Part shown: positions 47,483 through 59,500 of the stretch, one piece after another
How positions within the stretch are numbered: the stretch's first letter is position 1
Layout of the letters: each line of letters starts with the position of its first letter
Assembly: GCA_963666565.1 (NCBI GenBank)
Contig: OY762911.1
Span: 736,001-800,000 of the forward strand
Length of the DNA stretch: 64,000 nt
Direction: 5' to 3'
Source: Thermoanaerobaculia bacterium
GTDB lineage: Bacteria; Acidobacteriota; Thermoanaerobaculia; Multivoradales; Multivoraceae
Position numbers and translations under genes: made by a program
The notes under the pieces: model-generated
Told to the model about the DNA's origin: nothing
Database searches by the model: none
The model's input: the letters and a program-made list of their open reading frames with translations, nothing else

Positions 47483-48417
47483 CGGCCGCTGCCGGGAGAA
47501 GCGCGGTCTTCCGCGTCGCCGTCCACGCGGACGGGGGGCAGCCGCGGCGCACCCGTCTGGGGCTGCCGGGAAACCATCGGCACGAACACGTCGACGATGG
47601 TGGGGGACTCCACCCGGACGTGCTCGCTGGCGAAGCGCACCCGCACCTGCCTGTCCGTGAAGTCGAGCCCGCGGCCGGTGAGGTCGATGGGCCCGGCCAG
47701 CGCGACCCCCAGCTTGTTGATCTCGGAGCGCGCCCCCTGCACGGTGACCATCGGCGGCTCGATCCGCACGTTCTCGTCGTCGACGCTGATGCCGCCGATC
47801 GGCTCGCCGATCCAGGCGACCTGCACCGGCACCGCCACGGAGATCTCCTCGTCGACGCTCAGCACGAGGCGGTCCGGCGTGACGGACACGACCTCGACCT
47901 CCTCGGCGGGCAGCACGACGTCCTCGGCGGCGAGCACGACCTCGACCTCGCGGGGACCGCTGTAGGGACCGCCGGCCAGCGCGTCCTCGGGCACCGGAAC
48001 CTGGACCCGGACCTGATCGAGGTCCAGCGAGGCGATCAGCTCGTCGGCGCCGCGAATGCGGACCTGAACCCCCTCGGGCTCGAAGCTCAGCACCGTCAGG
48101 CGCTCGTGGTCGGGGACCGTCAGCCGCGCCACCACGTTCGTCTCGCTCGGCGGCGTCGTCATCTCGCGCAGCCGCGGACAGAACGACGCCGGCAGCCAGA
48201 TGCCCACCGCAATCACGACCGCGAGGGCCCGGAACATCCAGCGCCCGCCGCTCTCGCTCACGCCGCGCGGCCCCGGCGCCCGCTGGGTGCGCGGGTCTTC
48301 CGACCCGCCTCCGGACCGCGCCGCGACACCCGCCCGCTGGGTGCGCGGGTCTTCCGACCCGCTTCCGGACCGCGCCGCGGCTCGACGCGTCTCCGTGCGA
48401 CCGCCGCTCTCGCTCAT
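47479..48417 (-). CDS. cdaR: CdaR/YbbR-like regulator of diadenylate cyclase
   Basis: TM helix, V.VRIRG, P.MVTVQG YbbR repeats; lies between cdaA and glmM. Confidence 0.8.
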   Translation of the reverse strand: MSESGGRTETRRAAARSGSGSEDPRTQRAGVAARSGGGSEDPRTQRAPGPRGVSESGGRWMFRALAVVIAVGIWLPASFCPRLREMTTPPSETNVVARLTVPDHERLTVLSFEPEGVQVRIRGADELIASLDLDQVRVQVPVPEDALAGGPYSGPREVEVVLAAEDVVLPAEEVEVVSVTPDRLVLSVDEEISVAVPVQVAWIGEPIGGISVDDENVRIEPPMVTVQGARSEINKLGVALAGPIDLTGRGLDFTDRQVRVRFASEHVRVESPTIVDVFVPMVSRQPQTGAPRLPPVRVDGDAEDRASPGSGR

Positions 48418-49190
48418 GCCGGCGCCCTCCCCGTCCCCGGCGCCAGCAGCAGTTCGAAGAGCTGGTTCCGCAGCTCGCGCAGCGTCAAGTCGCCGGTCAG
48501 GCGGCCTTCGTGGGCGATGGAGATCCTGCCGGTCTCCTCGGAGACGACGACGACGACCGCGTCCGTCTCCTCCGTCATGCCGATCGCCGCGCGGTGCCGC
48601 GTGCCGTGCTCGATCGAGACGCCGGCGCTGGTCGTCAGCGGCAGGAAGCAGGCGGCGGCGGCGATCCGGTCCTTCTGGACGATCACGGCCCCGTCGTGGA
48701 GCGGGGTGTCGCGGGCGAAGAGCGTCAGCAGCAGGTCGTAGGAGATCTCCGCGTCGAGCGCGATGCCGTTCGCCGCGTAGTCGCGCAGGCCGTCGACCCG
48801 CTCGATGACGATCAGCGCGCCCAGCCGCCGGAGGCACAGGGCCTGGGCCGCGATGACGATCTCGTGGATCCCGGACTCGCCGGTCTGGTCGGTGGTCAGG
48901 CGCAGCAGGGGGTTGCGCCCCACGCGGGCGAGCGCCCGCCGGATCTGGTTCTGGAACAGGACGACGATGACGACCGGCAGCGCCGGCAACAGGTAGTTCA
49001 GCGAGGCCTGCAGGGTGTCGAGGCGCAGCAGAGCCGCGATCCACGCCGCCCCGGCCAATACGAGGATGCCGACCAGGATGCGGACGCCGCCGGTGCCGCG
49101 GATCAGCAGCAGGACGTTGTAGACGACCAGCCCGACCACCAGGAGGTCGACGACATCCCTCCATCCCAGGAGCCCGAGCGGCTGGGCCAG
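48414..49190 (-). CDS. cdaA: Diadenylate cyclase (start uncertain)
   Basis: Three TM segments, VVLFQNQIRRAL, PLHDGAV, HGTRHRAAIG, VSEETG. Confidence 0.93.
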   Translation of the reverse strand: MAQPLGLLGWRDVVDLLVVGLVVYNVLLLIRGTGGVRILVGILVLAGAAWIAALLRLDTLQASLNYLLPALPVVIVVLFQNQIRRALARVGRNPLLRLTTDQTGESGIHEIVIAAQALCLRRLGALIVIERVDGLRDYAANGIALDAEISYDLLLTLFARDTPLHDGAVIVQKDRIAAAACFLPLTTSAGVSIEHGTRHRAAIGMTEETDAVVVVVSEETGRISIAHEGRLTGDLTLRELRNQLFELLLAPGTGRAPA

Positions 49191-49201
49191 GTCCGGCGTC
49201 G

Positions 49202-51205
<2,004 letters not shown>

Positions 51206-51314
51206 CGTTCGGTGCGGGGCGCCGTGGGCGGGGGACGACGAATCCGCGAGGGACAACGACCCGCGGACCCGCACGATTCCGTACCCGTTGTACGAGCGGG
51301 TTCCCGGAAGGTTG

Positions 51315-52421
51315 TCACTCCAGGCCCCGCACTTCAAGGGATCCAATCGCTTGATTCTCGCGGGAGGCCCGGATTGCGTCGCCAACGGGAGGCGAAACGG
51401 GGGCCGCGCGCCGGGCCCGCCGCAACACCCGAAGCCGCCCTCCGCGCTGTTCCCAGCGCCAGCCGCCGCCGCAGTCGCAGCCGACGGACCGCCCGTTCAG
51501 GCGGCGCCGCTCGAGCTGCCGCGCCAGCTCGCGCCGGGCGTTCCGGGTGGGCGGGTAGGCGGCGCCGGCCAGCCGGTGCAGGCGGGCGAGCGCCGCCGGC
51601 CACAGCGGCCGCGGCAGGCGGGCGAGCGCCTCGATCTCGACATCGCAGGACTCTTCGCCCGTACGCGGCGCCAGGACCGCGTCGACCAGCCGGCGCACGG
51701 CGGGCTCGGCGCCCCGGGCCGCACGGGCCAGGCGGACGAGCCGTTCGACGACGTCGGGCGCCTCGGCCGCGAGGACCGGCAGCAGACGGCGGCGGACGAT
51801 GTTGCGGCGCGGGCCGGGGGCGCGGTTCGTCGGATCGTCGATGGGTTCGATGCCCGCCCCGGCGGCGTGGCGCCGCAGGACGCCGGGGTCGAGCTCCAGC
51901 AGCGGCCGGAGCAGCGGCAGTCCGAGCCGGTGCGAGACGGACCGCATCGCGCCGAGGCCGGCGGCGCCGCTGCCGAAGAGGATGCGAAGCAGGACGGTCT
52001 CGGCCTGGTCGAGCCGGTGGTGGGCGGCCAGGATCGCCGCCGCGCCGGTCGACCGGGCGACCGCGGCGAGCAGGCGGTAGCGCTCGGCGCGGGCCCATTC
52101 CTCCAGGCTCCGGCCCGGCGGCAGGGGCCGGGCGGCGCGGACCTCGAAGGGAACGCCGGCGCGGGCCGCGATCCGGGCCGCCCCGCGGGCGCGCCGGGCC
52201 GAGCCGCCGTCCAGCCGGTGGTCGACGTGGACGGCCACGGGTCTCCAGCCGAACCGGGACGCGCCGGCGCGGAGGGCGAGCAGCAGCGCCGTCGAGTCCG
52301 GGCCGCCCGAGAAGGCGACGGCGAGCGGAGCGCCGCGGGCCGCGCGGGCGAGTTCCGGGCGACGGCGGAAGAAGGCGGCGACCGCGGTGTCGACGGCTGC
52401 GCCTGCCGGCGGCGCGCTCAC
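51315..52421 (-). CDS. tilS: tRNA(Ile)-lysidine synthetase
   Basis: [41 protein letters not shown]. Confidence 0.93.
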   Translation of the reverse strand: MSAPPAGAAVDTAVAAFFRRRPELARAARGAPLAVAFSGGPDSTALLLALRAGASRFGWRPVAVHVDHRLDGGSARRARGAARIAARAGVPFEVRAARPLPPGRSLEEWARAERYRLLAAVARSTGAAAILAAHHRLDQAETVLLRILFGSGAAGLGAMRSVSHRLGLPLLRPLLELDPGVLRRHAAGAGIEPIDDPTNRAPGPRRNIVRRRLLPVLAAEAPDVVERLVRLARAARGAEPAVRRLVDAVLAPRTGEESCDVEIEALARLPRPLWPAALARLHRLAGAAYPPTRNARRELARQLERRRLNGRSVGCDCGGGWRWEQRGGRLRVLRRARRAAPVSPPVGDAIRASRENQAIGSLEVRGLE

Positions 52422-52460
52422 GGTTGCGCCTCGTGGATCGGACAGACTGGCGAACCCGGA

Positions 52461-52554
52461 TGCGGGTCGGCCACCCGGGTGGCGCATCCCGCGCCACCCG
52501 TGAACCTGTCCGTGCGCCCGTCTTCGGGCGCGCGGATGGCAGACCCGCGCACCC
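52461..52554. repeat. Type-B REP element
   Basis: GCGGGTC...two hairpins...GACCCGCGCACCC. Confidence 0.8.
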
Positions 52555-52610
52555 AGGACCGATTCGAGCCGACGGTCGAGAGGCGAGGCGCCGGGCGGCG
52601 GGAAGTCGGA

Positions 52611-52687
52611 TGGTGGCGGTGGAGGGACTCGAACCCCCGACACAGCGGATATGAGCCGCTTGCTCTAACCGGCTGAGCTACACCGCC
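52611..52687 (-). tRNA. tRNA with CAT anticodon (probably elongator Met)
   Basis: GGCGGTGTAGCTCAG...CTCATAT...GGTTCGAGTCCC...CACCGCCACCA. Confidence 0.93.
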
Positions 52688-52791
52688 AGACGAACGCGGA
52701 ATCGTACCGGAACGAGGCGCCGGCCGAACCGGGTGCGCGTCTTCCGGCCGCCTTCGGCGGCGGCGGGTCAGAGGACCCGCGCACCGACCGT

Positions 52792-53163
52792 TCAGGGGCC
52801 GGGCTTGCGCAGCGAGTCCTGGCAGCTTCGGAACTGCCCGAAGAAGCTGCGCATCGACTCGGAGAGCGCCGCGTCGTTCAGACGGTAGATCACATTCTGG
52901 CCTCGCCGCTGGTCGATCACGAGATCGGCCTCCTTCAGCACGGACAGGTGCCGCGAGATGGTCGGCTGGGAGAGATCGAACTCGCCCACGATGTCGCCGA
53001 CGCAACGCTGCTCGTCTTCCAGCAGGCGGAGTATGTTCTGCCGGGTCGAGTCGGACAGCGCCTTGAAGACCTTCGTCATCTGACGGGAGCGCCGGTCGCG
53101 GGGCTCCAGCCCGCTCAGCGAGCCGCCCAAGCGTACAGGTCGATGTTCTGTCTTCTGATCCAC
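52792..53163 (-). CDS. ArsR/SmtB family transcriptional regulator (alternative start 53079)
   Basis: VFKALSDSTRQNIL.LL, LSQPTISRHLSVLKEADLV. Confidence 0.92.
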   Translation of the reverse strand: MDQKTEHRPVRLGGSLSGLEPRDRRSRQMTKVFKALSDSTRQNILRLLEDEQRCVGDIVGEFDLSQPTISRHLSVLKEADLVIDQRRGQNVIYRLNDAALSESMRSFFGQFRSCQDSLRKPGP

Positions 53164-53300
53164 GATTCTGGTTCTCCGGGGAATGAAGAGAGTTGGCCAT
53201 TATGCCATAACCCGGACCATCTGTGGGACTTCGATCGCTCCATGCGCGGATCGTCGCTGGGTGCGCGGGCCTGACCCGCCTTTCGCCGCCAACCGCCGCA

Positions 53301-54002
53301 TCAGACCCGAGAGTTGAGGCGAGCCGGCATCATCAGGCCCCGGCGGCGGAGCGCCCGGCGCATGCGGCCGACCACCGTCGCCACCGTCGCCGGCGCCAGT
53401 TGGACCGCGTTCGCCGCCTCGCGGGAGTTCCAGCCGTCGACCACCATGCGCTCCGTCATCCAGGTGTCCCGGAGCGCCGTCCCGCCCGGCCTGGCGACGC
53501 CGCGGCACTCGCTCCGGAAGCGGCTTCGGAGCTCCCGCGCGTAGATGGCGTCGATCGGGCTGTAGGCCCGGCTCGGGAGTTCGACGAGCTCCGTGTCCTC
53601 GGCCAGTCCGGCCTCCACGCCGACGTGAAGTTCCACGACGGCGCCGCGCTTCAGCGCCGAGCGGGCGCGCAGCCAGTCGACCAGCGTGCTCCGGGCGACC
53701 CGGCGCAGGTAGGACCGGATGGTCGTTTCGGACTTCGCGCGGCATCCGCGCAGGCCCCGGCGGTCTTTCTGGAGGAGCCGCAGGTAGGTCTCCTGGATCA
53801 ACTCGTCGAGGAGGTCGCTGGTCAGGTACGTGCCGTAACTTCGCGCCAGCGCGGTGAGGGTGCTGCGCAACAACGGGTCGACGCGCCGGACCAGGGATGC
53901 CCAGTCCGCGTCGGCGGCGACGCACTCGCGCCAGAGGTCGGGGAAGTCGTGTGGCTGCTCGGTCTGCTGGTGACAGGTCTGTGGGTTCATCGTCCGCTCC
54001 AT
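53301..54002 (-). CDS. ECF-type sigma-70 factor
   Basis: DELIQETYLRL, YLRRVARSTLVDWLR, C-terminal HTH (REAA..VQL...TV). Confidence 0.8.
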   Translation of the reverse strand: MERTMNPQTCHQQTEQPHDFPDLWRECVAADADWASLVRRVDPLLRSTLTALARSYGTYLTSDLLDELIQETYLRLLQKDRRGLRGCRAKSETTIRSYLRRVARSTLVDWLRARSALKRGAVVELHVGVEAGLAEDTELVELPSRAYSPIDAIYARELRSRFRSECRGVARPGGTALRDTWMTERMVVDGWNSREAANAVQLAPATVATVVGRMRRALRRRGLMMPARLNSRV

Positions 54003-54132
54003 GCAAGTGGAGCGGAGGCGCCCAGCGGGACACGCCGGCAGGCTTTGGGCTCAGGGCGACGGCGCCCGGCCCGGCCAACTCAGAGTCGGCAAGGGCGGGA
54101 GAGCGTAGCAGGCCAGCAGGGCGATTTGGAGG

Positions 54133-54288
54133 TTAGCGGAGCTTCTCTTCGACGAACTCGACGTGACGCCGGATCTTCGGGTCGTACTTCTTGAGCCTCA
54201 GCTTCTCCTGGCCGAGCTTCTTGTTCTTCGTCGTCGTGTAGAAGTACCCGGTTCCGGCACTCGATACGAGCTTGATCTTGTCTCTCAC
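54133..54288 (-). CDS. rpmG: 50S ribosomal protein L33 (Cys-free type)
   Basis: Own translation [24 protein letters not shown]...[19 protein letters not shown]; GGAGGT RBS. Confidence 0.96.
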   Translation of the reverse strand: MRDKIKLVSSAGTGYFYTTTKNKKLGQEKLRLKKYDPKIRRHVEFVEEKLR

Positions 54289-54338
54289 GTCGTCACCTCC
54301 GATGCGGCCCGGCGGCTCGCGGGGACTGGGGAGCGGAA

Positions 54339-54415
54339 TGGCGGGGCCGACGGGACTCGAACCCGCGACCTCCGGCGTGACAGGCCGGCATTCTAACCAG
54401 CTGAACTACGACCCC
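54339..54415 (-). tRNA. tRNA-Asp(GTC)
   Basis: GGGGTCGTAGTTCAG...CTGTCAC...GGTTCGAGTCCC...GCCA. Confidence 0.96.
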
Positions 54416-54528
54416 GTGGGTCCGTCTCCTCGCTTTGTCCCTCGCTTGCTTCGTCCTGTTCCCGCCGCCGTTGCGGCGTCTTCTTCGGTTCCTCGGGTTT
54501 CCTGGTCGCGCGTACTCCGGAACCTCCG

Positions 54529-54603
54529 TGGTGGGAGGTGGGGGATTCGAACCCGCGACCCCCTGCGTGTAAAGCAGGTGCTCTACCCCTGAGCTAACCT
54601 CCC
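54529..54603 (-). tRNA. tRNA-Val(TAC)
   Basis: GGGAGGTTAGCTCAG...TTTACAC...GGTTCGAATCCC...ACCA. Confidence 0.94.
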
Positions 54604-54762
54604 CGGCGCCGACCGATCGGCCGCCCGGCGGACATCGCAGGCCGCGGAATCTTAGGGCAGGCGGGGAGCATCGTCAATGAAGAACCCGGCGGTCCCCCGA
54701 GGCGGCCCGGTCCGTGGCACAATCGCGGCGCAGAACCAACCTTCCCCGAGGAGCACTCACTC

Positions 54763-55362
54763 ATGCACGAAGTTCCCGATCTGGCCTACCCGTTCGACGC
54801 CCTCGAGCCGCACATCGACGCGCGCACGATGGAGATACACCACGACAAGCACCACGCGGCCTACGTCGCCAACCTGAACGCGGCGCTCGAGGGCCGCGAC
54901 GACCTGGCCGCGCGGAGCGTCGAGAACCTGCTCCGCAACTTCGACGAGGTGCCGGACTCCATCAAGGGCGCCGTGCGCAACCACGGGGGCGGCCACGCCA
55001 ACCACTCGCTGTTCTGGTCGGTCATGAGCCCGAACGGCGGCGGCGCGCCGAGCGGCGACCTGGCCACGGCCATCGACATCCGCTTCGGCAGCTTCGACCA
55101 GTTGAAGGAGCGCTTCGTCAGCGCCGCCATGGGCCAGTTCGGCAGCGGCTGGGGCTGGCTGGTCAGCGGCGACGACGGCCTGGCCGTCATCGCGCGGCCG
55201 AACCAGGACTCGCCGCTGATGGAGGGCCTGACGCCCCTGCTCGGTGTCGACGTGTGGGAGCACGCCTACTACCTGAACTACCAGAACCGGCGCCTGGACT
55301 ACCTCAACGCCTTCTGGAACGTGGTCGACTGGGACGCCGTGGCGGCGCGGTTCAGAGGGTAG
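54763..55362 (+). CDS. sodA: Fe/Mn superoxide dismutase
   Basis: [15 protein letters not shown] (Mn-type signature), [16 protein letters not shown]. Confidence 0.93.
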   Translation: MHEVPDLAYPFDALEPHIDARTMEIHHDKHHAAYVANLNAALEGRDDLAARSVENLLRNFDEVPDSIKGAVRNHGGGHANHSLFWSVMSPNGGGAPSGDLATAIDIRFGSFDQLKERFVSAAMGQFGSGWGWLVSGDDGLAVIARPNQDSPLMEGLTPLLGVDVWEHAYYLNYQNRRLDYLNAFWNVVDWDAVAARFRG

Positions 55363-55406
55363 CTTCGCCGCAGTGCACCCACTGGGTGCGCCCGCTGGGT
55401 GCGCGG

Positions 55407-57143
55407 TCAGCGCTGGGCGACGAGGCCGGACCCGCGGCGGCGGGCCGGCCGGCCCTGCTCCATGCGGCGGTCCAGCAGATCCTCCGCCTCGTCCAGCAGT
55501 TCGAGGGCGCGCGCGAGCTGGTTGTCGAGTTCCCGCTCGGCCTTGAAGCCCTCGGTCAGGCCGAAGGCGGTGTTGAAGATCTCGTAGCGGAGCCGGATGC
55601 GGGCGTGGCGCTCGACGGCCGGGTTCTCCAGCGCCTCGTCGAGCTCTTCGCGCGAGACGAGATCCTCCTCGACGATCCAGTCCCAGAACCGTTCCAGGTA
55701 GTCGTCGGCCGGCGCCCAGTCCGTGGAGTCGACTCCCTCGGGCACTCCCTGCTCGAACGGGAAGCGGTGAAAGCCGCTCTGCGCCCGCAGGCGGGAGATG
55801 ACGGGCGGATCGTCCTCCAGGGACACGACGTAATCGGGCGTTACGCCGCCGCCGCCGTAGACCTCGCGGCCGAGATCCGTGTAGAAGACGGGGCGCTCCT
55901 CGCTCTCCGGGCCGCCGAGCCCGGGCGTCGCCGCCGCGCCGCCGCCGGCGTCGCCTTCTCCGGCGTTGCCGCCGTTTTCGCCATCCGCGGCGCCGCCGTT
56001 CGCATCGCCGCTGGCGCCCGCGTCGTCGTCGCCGTTGCCGCCGTCCGCGTCGTAGCCCGTGTAGTAGTCCCAGTACGAGGAGTAGTCGCGCTGGATCAGC
56101 CGCCCAGCCGGCGTGTAGTAGCGCGCCGTGGTCAGGGCCAGCCCGGCGCCGTAGGACAGTTCGTAGACCGTCTGCACCAGGCCCTTGCCCCAGGTCGACT
56201 CCCCGACGACCAGGCCCACGTCGTGGTCCTGGATCGCGCCCGACACGATCTCGGAGGCGGACGCGGAACCGGCGTTCACCAGCACGACGACAGGCAGCCC
56301 GAGCGGTTCGTAGCGGCCCGTGGACCGGTACGACTGGCGGGAGCTGTCGATCCGCCCCCGCGTCTCGACGATCGTGCTGCCGGGAGGCACGAACTGGTCG
56401 GAGACCTCGATCGCCTGGTCGAGCAGGCCGCCGCCGTTGTAGCGCAGGTCGAGGATCAGCCGCTTCATGCCCTGCTCCCTGAGGTCGGCCAGGGCGCGAG
56501 CGACCTCGCCGCCGGTCGAACGGGAGAAGTCGGTGATCCAGAGGAAGCCGGTCTCCGGCGTCAGCATGTGGGCGTGGCGCACCGTCTCCTGCGGGATCTC
56601 GGCCCGGGTCACCGTGACCTCCAGGGGCTCGTCGAAGCCCGGCCGCAGCAGCGTCACCGTGACGTCCGTTCCCTTCGGCCCCTTGAGCTTGCGGATCGCC
56701 TCGTTCGGGTGCATCTCCTCCGTCGGCTCGCCGTCGATCAGGTGGATGATGTCGCCGGCCCGGATGCCCTTCTCGTAGCCGGGCGTCCCCTCGATCGGCG
56801 AGATGACGGTCAGGCGGCCGTTCCGCGTGCCGACGTAGATGCCCAGGCCGTAGAAGGAACTCTGCTGCCGCTCGCGCATCGTGTCGTAGGCGACCGGCGG
56901 CAGGAAGCTCGTGTGGGGGTCGAGGTTGCGCAGCATGCCCCCGATCGAGGCGTAGACGAGATCCCGGTAGGTAACGTCCGGGACGGCGTAGTTCGCATGG
57001 GCCGCCTCGACCAGTTCGGTGTACATGCGGACCTGCGCGAGTTCCTCGGCGTGGATCGCCAGCAGGTTGCCGCCCGCGAGGCCGCCGGCGAGGACGGCCG
57101 CGGCGACGAAGACGAGTGCCAGGTTGCGCCAGGTTCGATTCAC
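55407..57143 (-). CDS. ctpA: S41 carboxyl-terminal processing protease
   Basis: LDPHT, PDZ GLGI, LDLRYNGGGLL, SASASEI, WGKGLVQ, GGVTPD. Confidence 0.93.
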   Translation of the reverse strand: MNRTWRNLALVFVAAAVLAGGLAGGNLLAIHAEELAQVRMYTELVEAAHANYAVPDVTYRDLVYASIGGMLRNLDPHTSFLPPVAYDTMRERQQSSFYGLGIYVGTRNGRLTVISPIEGTPGYEKGIRAGDIIHLIDGEPTEEMHPNEAIRKLKGPKGTDVTVTLLRPGFDEPLEVTVTRAEIPQETVRHAHMLTPETGFLWITDFSRSTGGEVARALADLREQGMKRLILDLRYNGGGLLDQAIEVSDQFVPPGSTIVETRGRIDSSRQSYRSTGRYEPLGLPVVVLVNAGSASASEIVSGAIQDHDVGLVVGESTWGKGLVQTVYELSYGAGLALTTARYYTPAGRLIQRDYSSYWDYYTGYDADGGNGDDDAGASGDANGGAADGENGGNAGEGDAGGGAAATPGLGGPESEERPVFYTDLGREVYGGGGVTPDYVVSLEDDPPVISRLRAQSGFHRFPFEQGVPEGVDSTDWAPADDYLERFWDWIVEEDLVSREELDEALENPAVERHARIRLRYEIFNTAFGLTEGFKAERELDNQLARALELLDEAEDLLDRRMEQGRPARRRGSGLVAQR

Positions 57144-57334
57144 GGTTTCACCGCGGGCCGCCGCCCGGTGGCGACGGGAAGCGGGCATTGTACCAGCGAG
57201 CGAGCGGCGACGGCGTGGCGGCGGTGCGCGTACCCGCCCGTCCTGGGTCAGGAGGGGTCGGCGCCGACTGGGCTGGACGTTGTTGCCGGCCGCGCTGCAG
57301 CGCAGGAGCGCAGCCCCGAAGCGGCACACGCGAA

Positions 57335-58201
57335 TCAGTCGTCTTGCTCCTCCTCGATGCGCTTGCGCCGACGCTGCACAAGCGCCGAGGCGCCGACGCC
57401 CACCAGGTACAGGAGTATCGTGGGTCCCGCAACGATCGTCATGTTCACCACGTCCGGCGTCGGCGTGATCACGGCGGAGATGACGATGATGATGAGCACC
57501 GCCCAGCGGAAGTGCCTCATCAGGAACCGCGGCGTCACCACCCCGAGCTGCGACAGCATGAAGATGACGATGGGAAGCTGGAACATGACCGCCAGCCCGA
57601 GCAGCACGTTGACCGCGAAGCTGAAGTAGCGCTCGATCCGGATGTCGGCGTCCCAGTTCGCGTTGAGGCCCATCTGGACCAGGAACTCGGTCGCGAAGGG
57701 GAGGGCGACGAAGTAGCCGAAGGCGCCGCCGCCGATGAAGAAGAGGGAACCGAAGAAGACGAAGGGGATCGCGTAGCGCTTCTCGCGGCGGTAGAGGCCC
57801 GGCGCCACGAACCCCCAGAGCTGGGCGACGAGGTAGGGCGACGAAACGAAGACGGCCGCCAGCAGCGCCACCTTCACCTGCACGACGAACGGATCCGCGA
57901 CGCCGTCGAAGACAAGCTGATCGATGTGGGGCTCGATCGGCTTGGCCAGCAGGTTGTAGATCTCCTCGGCGAACGCGAAGCAGCCGAAGAACGCGACCAC
58001 GACGACGATCAGCGTGCGCAGGATGCGGCGGCGCAGCTCGTCGAGGTGCTCGAGCAGCGTCATCCGCGGAAGCTCTTCGTCCTCCGCCTCGGGGCGCTTC
58101 CTGCCCTGCCCCTTCTCGGGCAAGCGCTCTTCGGGCAACCGCTCCGGCGCCGACTCTTCGGGCGGCTGGACCGGGGCGTCGTCCTCAGACTGCGGGGTCA
58201 C
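57335..58201 (-). CDS. tatC: Twin-arginine translocase TatC
   Basis: [34 protein letters not shown]. Confidence 0.96.
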   Translation of the reverse strand: MTPQSEDDAPVQPPEESAPERLPEERLPEKGQGRKRPEAEDEELPRMTLLEHLDELRRRILRTLIVVVVAFFGCFAFAEEIYNLLAKPIEPHIDQLVFDGVADPFVVQVKVALLAAVFVSSPYLVAQLWGFVAPGLYRREKRYAIPFVFFGSLFFIGGGAFGYFVALPFATEFLVQMGLNANWDADIRIERYFSFAVNVLLGLAVMFQLPIVIFMLSQLGVVTPRFLMRHFRWAVLIIIVISAVITPTPDVVNMTIVAGPTILLYLVGVGASALVQRRRKRIEEEQDD

Positions 58202-58481
58202 TCGGGGCCCCGGCGCCCGATTCGCGCGGTTTCTTCGAACTGCTCGAACTCGACCCGCCCGCACTCCTGGCGGAAGCGTCGATCCGGCGCGCCGGCGACG
58301 GCCGCTTCTCCTCGTCGAGTTCGACGTCGATCGACCGCTTCAGGTCGCTGGTGGCGCGCCTGAACTCGGCCATCCCCCGGCCGAGCGTGCGGCCGAGCTC
58401 GGGCAGCTTCCTGGGGCCGAAAATGAGCAGGGCCGCCGCCATGATGAACAATGCCTCCTGCATGCCGATCGGGCCGAACAT
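58185..58481 (-). CDS. tatA: TatA/TatB subunit
   Basis: [26 protein letters not shown]. Confidence 0.9.
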   Translation of the reverse strand: MFGPIGMQEALFIMAAALLIFGPRKLPELGRTLGRGMAEFRRATSDLKRSIDVELDEEKRPSPARRIDASARSAGGSSSSSSKKPRESGAGAPSDPAV

Positions 58482-58549
58482 GGGCCGGCATGATACGCCA
58501 ACCGCACGGCTGGTGGATCGAGGAGGAGGAAGAAGACCGACTCGCGCTT

Positions 58550-58986
58550 ACCGCTTCGCGGCGGGCTTCTTGGCCGCCTGCGGCGGCATGCGGGTCAGAA
58601 AGACCCGCGCACCCAGTGGCACTGGCCCGTGCGTCAGCCCGCTCGGCAACGACGTCGAGCCCCGGTCCACACCGACGTCCAGCCCAGTCGGGGCAGGAGG
58701 GGTCGGCGCCCAGGTGCCTCTGAACGAGCGACGGCCGATGACGTTGCAGTCACCGACGCCCAACCGGAGCGAGTGAAGCGGAGCAAGCGCAACCCCGCCC
58801 GTCTCCTCTGGAGCGCGCGCGTCACCTGGGCGCCGACCCCTCCGGCCCCAAGACGGGCGGGTGCGTGCTCCGCCGCGGCGCTGCCGTGCTGCGTAGGCCG
58901 GACAAAAGGGCCGCCGGCCGAAGGCCGGCGACGATTCTGTCGGCCGCCTGCGGCGGCATGCGGGTCAGAAGACCCGCGCACCCAGC
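58550..58986. repeat. Composite repeat region: family-1 REP halves flanking an inverted pair of a second repeat family
   Basis: GGGGCAGGAGGGGTCGGCGCCCAGGTG (58690-58716) and its near-perfect inverse (58823-58849). Confidence 0.8.
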
Positions 58987-58990
58987 GGGG

Positions 58991-59485
58991 TTACGAAACC
59001 GGGCCGAGGGCCTCGACGATGCGGTCGACCAGCTCGCGGGCGGCGCCGCGGCCGCCGCGGGCGTCGAGCACGAGGTCGACGTTGTCGCGCACTTCCTGCA
59101 CGGCGTCGGCCGGGGCCGCGGACAGGCCCGCGGCACGCAGGACCGGCAGGTCGACCAAGTCGTCGCCGACGTAGGCGACCTCGGACGCTTCGAGTCCGCG
59201 GCGCTCCAGCAGGTCGGCGAAGGCCGCGGCCTTGTCGCGGCAGCCCAGGAGAACCTCGTCGAAGCCGAGGTCGGCGGCGCGGCGCGCCACCGCGGGCGAG
59301 TCGCGCCTGGCGCTCAGAAGGCCGACGCCGAGGCCGGCCTCTCGCGCGCGCCCCACGGCCACGCCGTCCCTCGTGTCGAACGCCACCGCCACCTCGTCGC
59401 CGACGTAGTAGAGCCGGCCGTCCGTCAGCACGCCGTCGACGTCGAACAACAGGAAGCGAAGCCGCAGGACAACGGAGGAGAGCAT
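58991..59485 (-). CDS. kdsC: KDO 8-phosphate phosphatase
   Basis: FDVDGVLTDG, YVGDDLVD, GGRGAARE. Confidence 0.93.
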   Translation of the reverse strand: MLSSVVLRLRFLLFDVDGVLTDGRLYYVGDEVAVAFDTRDGVAVGRAREAGLGVGLLSARRDSPAVARRAADLGFDEVLLGCRDKAAAFADLLERRGLEASEVAYVGDDLVDLPVLRAAGLSAAPADAVQEVRDNVDLVLDARGGRGAARELVDRIVEALGPVS

Positions 59486-59500
59486 CGACGGAACAGCCTC

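Noticed and set aside
54003-54130. c-di-GMP-I riboswitch upstream of the ECF sigma gene
   Set aside because: Only a partial CAAAGCC match; no GNRA hairpin or P1 stem found.
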